A stretch of 22,897 nucleotides of DNA, from assembly GCA_044222065.1 (NCBI GenBank), contig JBGAOA010000066.1:1-22897 (forward strand), read 5' to 3'. Made by a program: the position numbers and the translations under genes. Source of the DNA: Candidatus Eiseniibacteriota bacterium. Lineage in GTDB: Bacteria > Eisenbacteria > RBG-16-71-46. The notes under the pieces were generated by a model. It had not been told where the DNA came from, made no database searches, and saw only the letters and a program-made list of their open reading frames with translations. Below, in pieces: positions 16,832-22,897 of the stretch (positions are counted from its first letter, which is position 1; the number at the start of each line of letters is the position of its first letter).

Positions 16832-16869
16832 TTGACACGCCCCGCGCGCTCCCCCACTTTCCGCGCCCT
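16832..16869 (+). promoter_or_regulatory. Putative sigma70 promoter abutting the nagZ start (leaderless-type)
   Basis: TTGACA (16832-16837), N17, CACTTT (16855-16860), then CCGCGCCCT-ATG. No SD. Confidence 0.65.
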
Positions 16870-18300
16870 ATGGACGGACAGCGGGCGATCGCCCGCCGCA
16901 TGATCGTGGGCTTGCCGCCCGAAGGGCTCACGCCGGCGTGGGAGCGCGACTTCGCGATGTACGCGCCCGCCGGCGTGATCGTATTCGGCCGCGACTTCGC
17001 GGACCTCGAAGCGCTGCGCGCGCTCACGCGCCGCCTGCGCGAACTCGCGCGCCCGCGGCGGCTGTTCGTCGCGCTCGACGAAGAGGGCGGGTTCGTCTCG
17101 CAGCTCGGGCCGCATCTCGTCGTGCCGCCGAACGCGGCGCTGCTCGCGCGCGGCGCGGGGCCGGGCGACATCGAGTGGGCGCACCACGTGACGGGCGAGC
17201 GCCTGCGCGCGCTCGGCTTCGACTGGGTGTTCGCCCCGGTCGCGGACGTTCACAGCGAACCGCGCAACCCGGTGATCGGGCCGCGCAGCTTCGGGCGGGA
17301 TCCCGCCGCCGTCGCCGCGGCCGTCGGCGCCGCCGCGCGCGGACTCGAGGCGGGCGGCGTCGCGGCGTGCCTCAAGCACTTCCCGGGGCACGGCGACACC
17401 GAACTCGACTCGCACCACGCGCTGCCCGTGTGCCGGGCCGACCGCGCGACGCTCGTGGCGCGCGAGTTCGTGCCGTTCCGCGCGAATCTCGGCGCGAGCG
17501 CCGTGATGACGACGCACGTCGTCTTCCCGGCGCTCGACGACGCGCACCCCGGCACGTACTCGCGCCGCGTGACGCACGACCTCCTGCGCGGCGAACTCGG
17601 CTTCGCGGGCGTCTCGATCACCGACGCGCTCGAGATGAAGGGCGCGGCCGAGGGACGCGATGCGTTCGAGTCGGCCCGCCTCGCGCTCGAGGCCGGCTGC
17701 GACCTGCTGCTGTTCGCCTTCCACAGCGAGGAGATCCGGCGCGTGCGCCTGCGACTCGCGGACGCGCTCGTCGACGGCGGACTCGACCGCGCGAACTTCG
17801 ACGCCGCCCGGCCGCGACTCGCGGCCTTCGACCGCGCCCACCCGGAGCCGTCGGCCGAGGACCTCGCGCGGCCGCTCGCCTCACTCACGCCGCCGGACTG
17901 GACGGCGCGGCTCGAAGCGATCGTGCGCCGCGGCCTCGTCGTGCGCGGCGCACTCGCGGACGGAGCGCGCGCGCTTCCGGTGCGCGTCGCCGAGCCGGCG
18001 CACGCCTACGGTCCGTCGCTCGCCGCGGACCTCGCCGCGCACGGCGTGCCGCTCGCCGCCGACGGCGCGGAGGCGCTCGAAGTGGCCGCGATCGCCTCGC
18101 GCGTGCCGCTGCCGGCGGACGAGATCGAGCGGCTGCGCGCGCTCGCGCGCTCGCGACCGACCGCGCTCGTCGCGCTCCAGGCCGATGCGTTCCTCGACGA
18201 CGTGCCGGAGGCAGCGCTGCGCGTCTCGGCGCTCGACGGCACGCCTCTCACGCGCCGGCTCGTCGCCGAGCGCATCGCGGACGCGCGGCGCGGAGCCTGA
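16870..18300 (+). CDS. nagZ: Beta-N-acetylhexosaminidase, GH3 (NagZ-like) with a degenerate C-terminal domain
   Basis: ALDEEGG, FAPVADV, IGPRSFG, KHFPGHGDTELDSH (NagZ signature) and ITDALEM (nucleophile). No signal peptide. Confidence 0.88.
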   Translation: MDGQRAIARRMIVGLPPEGLTPAWERDFAMYAPAGVIVFGRDFADLEALRALTRRLRELARPRRLFVALDEEGGFVSQLGPHLVVPPNAALLARGAGPGDIEWAHHVTGERLRALGFDWVFAPVADVHSEPRNPVIGPRSFGRDPAAVAAAVGAAARGLEAGGVAACLKHFPGHGDTELDSHHALPVCRADRATLVAREFVPFRANLGASAVMTTHVVFPALDDAHPGTYSRRVTHDLLRGELGFAGVSITDALEMKGAAEGRDAFESARLALEAGCDLLLFAFHSEEIRRVRLRLADALVDGGLDRANFDAARPRLAAFDRAHPEPSAEDLARPLASLTPPDWTARLEAIVRRGLVVRGALADGARALPVRVAEPAHAYGPSLAADLAAHGVPLAADGAEALEVAAIASRVPLPADEIERLRALARSRPTALVALQADAFLDDVPEAALRVSALDGTPLTRRLVAERIADARRGA

Positions 18301-18331
18301 CGCGCACGGCGGGCGGAGGCGCCGTCCCGGG

Positions 18332-18904
18332 CTAGAAGCGCAGCGCCAGCGCCGCCACGGGGCGGCCGTCGCGATCGAGCGCCGGCCCGAGCCGCCACGA
18401 CGTCTTCGCGTGCGCGGCCACGTCGTCGTCCACGCGCCGGATGTCGTGCGCCGCCCAGAAGATCCCTCCGATCAGGCCGACCGAGGCGACCGCGAAAGCC
18501 GGACCCTGCGAGGTGGAGCCGTCGTCGAGCGATTGGGCGACGAGCCCCGCGGTCGTCAACAGCGCGAAGCGACCGAGCGCGCCACCCCAGCTCCTGCGAC
18601 CGAGACCGGCGTACTCGTAGCCCGCGCACGGCCCGACTTCGAGACCCGCCACGGCGAGGGCGCCGCCGACCGACTGCACGGTCTCGTCGCCGGCGAACAG
18701 CGCCACCCCGAGACCGGCGCCGAACGGCACGAACGTCCACGCGGCCGAGAGCGTGCGCGCGTGCGACGGCGACACGGGCCCGCGCTCGGCGGCGGTGGCG
18801 GACCCCGCGATCGCGCCGCTCGCGGCGGCGATCAGTACGGCGACGGTGACGGCACGCACGGCGCGCGCGGCGCGCGGCGTGCCTTCCGAGGGGCGGCGGC
18901 CCAT
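18332..18904 (-). CDS. Hypothetical exported/membrane protein (start uncertain)
   Basis: Signal-like hydrophobic stretch, several Gly-rich hydrophobic segments and a C-terminal ...PVAALALRF. It fills the gap between nagZ and the porin gene. Confidence 0.55.
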   Translation of the reverse strand: MGRRPSEGTPRAARAVRAVTVAVLIAAASGAIAGSATAAERGPVSPSHARTLSAAWTFVPFGAGLGVALFAGDETVQSVGGALAVAGLEVGPCAGYEYAGLGRRSWGGALGRFALLTTAGLVAQSLDDGSTSQGPAFAVASVGLIGGIFWAAHDIRRVDDDVAAHAKTSWRLGPALDRDGRPVAALALRF

Positions 18905-18947
18905 TCGATCCTCCGGCGCGAGCCGTCGGAATCGAAGGGCGGCCCGC

Positions 18948-20171
18948 TCAGTACGACAGGTGGAGCTGCAGGTAGCTCTGGGTCTCGTTCGGATATCCGA
19001 ACGCGGCCGGATCTTCGTGCCGGATGCTGCGCAGCGTCCAGCGCAATTCGCAGAACGGCACCGGAACGTACTCGGTCTCGAGCGCGAGGCGCGTGTGCGT
19101 GCTCGCATCGCGCGCGAGCGGGTCGCTCGAACGGTCGTACACGTCCCGGTCGTAGCGCAGGCGCACGTTCCACTGGCGCACGGGCGCGACGTCGATCTCG
19201 GCGAACCACGCGGTGAGGTTCGTCTTCGCGCCGCTCGCGAAGCCCGGGAGCGCCGGCTCGGCCTCGTCGGTGCCCATCGCGTACTCGCCGATCAGCGACA
19301 CCGGCCCCGCGTGCGTGAGGCCGTAGTAGCCCCAGCGCGAGGCGCGCTTGAGTCCGCTGAAGCCCTCCTTGCGCTCGTCGTCGTAGAACGAGACCGCGCC
19401 CTGGTAGTACGGGTGGTTGTAGCCGAGCTTCACGGTCTTCGCGCCCGCGTACTGGCCCGCGAACAGTTCGTTGTTCCCGTTCGTGAACGCCGCGCGCCCG
19501 AACATCCCGCCGCGCTCCGCGCCGAGCTCGACGCCCATGTCGGGCTGGCGCGGATCGTACGGCAGGAAGCTCTGGTCGCTCGAAAAGTCGAGGAATCCCC
19601 GCCGCGTCGCGACCGTGTGGTCGTCCATGCGCAGCCCGAACGGCGGCCGGAAGCGGCCGGCCTTGAGGTACGCGCCGGCGCCGAGGTCGAGCTTCGCGAA
19701 CGCCTCCTTGCTGCGGAAGCTCCCGGCGGCCGTCGCGCTCGAGAACGCGTCGAGGCTGTAGACGAGCGCGAGCTTCGTGTGCGGCTGGAACGCGAAGTGG
19801 AGGTTGTTCTCCATGTTGTAGAAGCCGAGCCGCGCGACGCTGTCGCGGCCCTCGTACTTGTTCGTGAGCAGCATGAAGCGGTGGTTGAGCCCGACGTAGA
19901 GCGGCAGCGCGTCCGAGACGCGGTTGACGAGGTTCAGCTCGCCCCACGGCCGCTCGCCCGACTCGGCTTCGAGCGCGTGACGGTTCTTCGCGAAGTTGAA
20001 GCCGAACTCGGTGCGAGGTCCGCCGCCGTTCGGGTCGAAGTGGCAGGCGCCGCACTGCAGTCCCGTGCGCGAAGCGTAGAGCGGCACGCCCTGGCCCCCG
20101 CGGGGCGTGACGAGCGACAGGAGTGCGGCGGCGGCGAGCACGAGCGGCGCGAAGCGGAACGGCGAACGCAT
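18948..20171 (-). CDS. Cyc2-like monoheme cytochrome c / outer-membrane beta-barrel fusion
   Basis: SD GGAGG, signal peptide, and a single CxxCH in PLYASRTGLQCGACH. The remainder has amphipathic beta-strands, a porin-type YLKAGRFRPPFGL motif and a terminal YLQLHLSY beta-signal. Confidence 0.8.
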   Translation of the reverse strand: MRSPFRFAPLVLAAAALLSLVTPRGGQGVPLYASRTGLQCGACHFDPNGGGPRTEFGFNFAKNRHALEAESGERPWGELNLVNRVSDALPLYVGLNHRFMLLTNKYEGRDSVARLGFYNMENNLHFAFQPHTKLALVYSLDAFSSATAAGSFRSKEAFAKLDLGAGAYLKAGRFRPPFGLRMDDHTVATRRGFLDFSSDQSFLPYDPRQPDMGVELGAERGGMFGRAAFTNGNNELFAGQYAGAKTVKLGYNHPYYQGAVSFYDDERKEGFSGLKRASRWGYYGLTHAGPVSLIGEYAMGTDEAEPALPGFASGAKTNLTAWFAEIDVAPVRQWNVRLRYDRDVYDRSSDPLARDASTHTRLALETEYVPVPFCELRWTLRSIRHEDPAAFGYPNETQSYLQLHLSY

Positions 20172-20277
20172 GGAGCCTCCACGGGTGGCGGTGCGGAGCC
20201 GGCGGCGCTGCGGCGGGCGGAGCGGAATCGGGGCGGCGCGCGCGGGCGCGTGCGTCGTCGCGGCGGAGCGAACGGCC

Positions 20278-21882
20278 CTACCGGCGCGGGCGGCCGAAGC
20301 CGCCGCCGCCGGGACTCGAGATCGTTAGCACCGCACGCGACGGCAGGTCCACGGTGAATTTGCCCGGCAGCCGTTCCAGCGAGGAGCGCGTTCCGCGTCG
20401 CTGAACCCGGTTCTCGCCTGCGCGCCCCGGCGAACCGCCCGCGAGCCCGTAGGGACGGGTCACGCGCCGCTCGGACAGCACGGTCACGCGCGCCGGCGCG
20501 AGCAGTTCGAGCGTGCGCTCGATTCCGTCCCCGCCGCGGAAGCGGCCGCGCCCCCCGCTCCCGCGGCGCACGCGCACGGCGGCGACGCGGATCGGATACG
20601 CCTGCTCGAGCGATTCGACCGGCGTGTTGCGCGTGTTCGTCATGTGCGCCTGCATCGCGTGCTCGCCGTCCCACGCCGGGCCCGCGCCGTGCCCGCCGCC
20701 GAGCGTCTCGTAGTAGGCGAACGGCCGGCCGGTGCGCGGGTCCGATCCGCCGACGAGCAGGTTGCTCATGGTTCCGTAACTCGCCGCCGGCACCCGGTCG
20801 GGCAGCGCGCGCGCGAACGCGCCGAGCACCACGTCCACGATGCGCTGCGACGTTTCGACGTTCCCGCCCGAGACCGCGGCGGGCGGCCGCGCGTTCACGA
20901 CCGTGCCCTCGGGAGCCACGATCGTGAGCGCGCGGAACGCGCCGTCGTTCACCGGCACGTCCCCCGCGATGACGCAGCGGAGCGCGTAGAAGCACGCCGC
21001 GCGCGTGACGGCGGCGACGGCGTTGACCGGACCTTCGACCTGCGGACTCGATCCCGCGAAGTCGAGCGTCACGCGGTCGCGCGCGATCGCGAGCTCGACC
21101 GCGATCCGGATGGGACCGTGCCCGCGGCCGTCGTCGTCGAGCGCGTCGGCGAAGCGGAACCGGCCGCGCGGCAGGCGCGCGATGCCGGCGCGAACGACGC
21201 GCTCGGCGTGATCGAGCAGCGCGTGCGCCTCGCGCACGAGTTCCGCGGGCGACGTGCGCGCGGCGAGCGCGGCGAGCCGGCGCGCCCCGGTCGCCTGCGC
21301 GCCGAGCTGCGCGTCGAGGTCGGCGCGCCGCTCCTCGGGCGTGCGGACGTTCGCGAGCAGGAGTTCGATGACGTCTCGCTGCGGCCGCCCCGCGCGGGCG
21401 AGGAAGACGGGCGGGATGCGCAGTCCTTCCTCGTAGACCTCGCGCGCGAGCGGCATGGAGCCCGGCGCCGAGCCGCCGACGTCGGCGTGGTGCGCGCGGC
21501 TCGCGACGAAGAAGTCCGGCGCGCGCCGGCCCGGCAGGAACACGGGCGAGACGAGCGTCAGGTCGGGCAGGTGCGTGCCGCCCGCGAACGGATCGTTGAG
21601 CAGCACCGTATCGCCGGGCGCGAACGGCGCGAGCGCAGCGGCCGCCTCGACCGCGCGCGGCAGGCTGCCGAGGTGCACGGGAATGTGCGCGGCCTGGGCG
21701 ACGAGTCGCGCACGCACGTCGAAGACCGCGCACGAGTGGTCGAGGCGCTCCTTGATGTTCGGCGAGTAGGCGGCGCGCATCAGCGTCGCGCCCATCTCCT
21801 CCGCGCACGCGGCGAAGAGCCCGCGATGGAGCGCGAGCCGGACGGCGGCGGGAAGCGGCGGCGTGCCGCGCCGGCGGCTCAC
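20278..21882 (-). CDS. Hydantoinase B / 5-oxoprolinase subunit B family
   Basis: EEMGATLMRAAYSPNIKERLDHSCA, HIPVHLGS, LNDPFAGGTHLPD, HHADVGG, GGNVETSQR, HMTNTRNTPVE and SPGGGGFG. GTG at 21882 overlaps the upstream stop (GTGA). Confidence 0.93.
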   Translation of the reverse strand: MSRRRGTPPLPAAVRLALHRGLFAACAEEMGATLMRAAYSPNIKERLDHSCAVFDVRARLVAQAAHIPVHLGSLPRAVEAAAALAPFAPGDTVLLNDPFAGGTHLPDLTLVSPVFLPGRRAPDFFVASRAHHADVGGSAPGSMPLAREVYEEGLRIPPVFLARAGRPQRDVIELLLANVRTPEERRADLDAQLGAQATGARRLAALAARTSPAELVREAHALLDHAERVVRAGIARLPRGRFRFADALDDDGRGHGPIRIAVELAIARDRVTLDFAGSSPQVEGPVNAVAAVTRAACFYALRCVIAGDVPVNDGAFRALTIVAPEGTVVNARPPAAVSGGNVETSQRIVDVVLGAFARALPDRVPAASYGTMSNLLVGGSDPRTGRPFAYYETLGGGHGAGPAWDGEHAMQAHMTNTRNTPVESLEQAYPIRVAAVRVRRGSGGRGRFRGGDGIERTLELLAPARVTVLSERRVTRPYGLAGGSPGRAGENRVQRRGTRSSLERLPGKFTVDLPSRAVLTISSPGGGGFGRPRR

Positions 21883-22895
21883 GAGCGCCGCTCCCGCCGC
21901 AGCACGAGCGAGCCGCGGGCGTGACGCGCGCCGATCCAGCCGGGGGCGATCCACAGCGTCGCCCCGTCCTGAAGCACGATCGCGGGCCCGCGCACGCGCG
22001 CGGGCAGCGATTCGAACCGCCACGCGGGTACGCGGCGGCTCCGGCCGCCGACGGTCGCGACCTCGGCGGACGCGACGGCCCGCGCGGCCCTCTCGCGCGG
22101 TGCGGCGGGCCGCGGCGTCGCGCGCGGACGCGTGCCGCGCGCCTCGAGCGTGACGACCTCGATCGGCGCCTCCGCGCGAGCGAAGCCGTAGCGGCGATGG
22201 TGCTCCGCATGGAAGCGGCGTTCGAGCCCGGGGCCGTATTCGAGTTCGAGTTCGTGCGACTGCCCGGCGTAACGCGCGAGGGCGCGCCGCTCGAGCGCGA
22301 CGGGGCCGGCGCCGCGGCCGAACGCTCGCCCGACCTCGCGCTCGAGCTGCGACATCGCGCGCGCGAGCGCGGCGTGGGCGCCGGAGTCGGCGAGCACGGT
22401 GCGGGAGCGCTCGTGCGTCTCCTCCCCCGAGAGCGCGCCGAGCGCGCACAGCACGCCGGCGTGCTCCGGGAACACGACCGCGTCCGCGCCGAGCGACTCG
22501 GCGAGCGCGCACGCGTGCAATCCGCCCGCGCCGCCGAACGCGACGAGCGCGGCGCCGCGCGGATCGTGCCCGCGTTCGACCGAGACGAGCCGGAGCGCGG
22601 CTTCCATGTGCGCGTTCGCGACCGCGAGCACCGCTTCGGCCGCGGCCGCGGCCGAGCGCCGGCGCAGCGCGCGCGCGAGCGGCGCGAGCGCGCGTTCGGC
22701 GCGCGCCCGATCGAGCGCGATGCCACCGCCGAGCGTGCGCGCGGGCAGGCGTCCGAGCACGACGTTCGCGTCGGTCACCGTCGCCGGCCCCCCCCGTCCG
22801 TAACAGGCGGGGCCGGGATCGGCGCCCGCGCTCGCGGGGCCCACGGCGAGCAGGCCGCCCGCGTCCACGGCCGCGATCGAGCCGCCCCCCGCGCC
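21879..22895 (-). CDS. Hydantoinase A / 5-oxoprolinase subunit A family (5' part outside the window)
   Basis: GAGGGSIA, VGPASAGADPGPACYGRGG, TVTDANVVLG, AFGGAGGLH and RYAGQSHEL. The frame is open to the window edge. Confidence 0.93.
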   Translation of the reverse strand, partial: GAGGGSIAAVDAGGLLAVGPASAGADPGPACYGRGGPATVTDANVVLGRLPARTLGGGIALDRARAERALAPLARALRRRSAAAAAEAVLAVANAHMEAALRLVSVERGHDPRGAALVAFGGAGGLHACALAESLGADAVVFPEHAGVLCALGALSGEETHERSRTVLADSGAHAALARAMSQLEREVGRAFGRGAGPVALERRALARYAGQSHELELEYGPGLERRFHAEHHRRYGFARAEAPIEVVTLEARGTRPRATPRPAAPRERAARAVASAEVATVGGRSRRVPAWRFESLPARVRGPAIVLQDGATLWIAPGWIGARHARGSLVLRRERRS

Positions 22896-22897
22896 CA

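Noticed and set aside
20321..20360. Possible internal promoter for the Cyc2-like gene in the hydantoinase B 3' end (TGC-TAACGA, rare CTA codon)
   Set aside because: The -10 and -35 matches are too weak to support without TSS data.
1..22897. rRNA, tRNA, CRISPR array, transposase or defence system
   Set aside because: None was recognisable, and nearly all of the sequence is accounted for by the listed genes and short intergenic regions.

Overview
This is a very GC-rich, gene-dense chromosomal window from a diderm bacterium (it has an LPS-type GT9 and an outer-membrane barrel). The lineage cannot be determined from the sequence alone. Left to right it contains: an iscS-mnmA tRNA-thiolation pair (-); a divergent type IV pilus minor-pilin/tip operon preceded by a sigma-54 promoter (fimT/fimU-pilV-pilW-pilX-pilY1, a PilY2-like small protein and an Ig-repeat lipoprotein); a secreted TPR protein and a Cys/Met PLP enzyme (-); a GT9 + SAM hydrolase (DUF62) pair bracketed by two diverged, inverted copies of a ~120-150 bp structured palindromic element; a frameshifted thioesterase, a CtpA protease, a class I aminotransferase and DinB (-); nagZ (+); and, on the - strand, a hypothetical protein, a Cyc2-like monoheme cytochrome-porin fusion and hydantoinase/oxoprolinase B and A (A is partial). 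The most notable items are the Cyc2-like heme-porin, the covarying structured repeat pair, the extended sigma-54 pilus-tip operon, and a recurring leaderless-type promoter architecture (-35/-10/CCGCGCCC/ATG). All protein calls come from motif recognition by eye, not database searches. I saw no rRNA, tRNA, CRISPR array or transposase.
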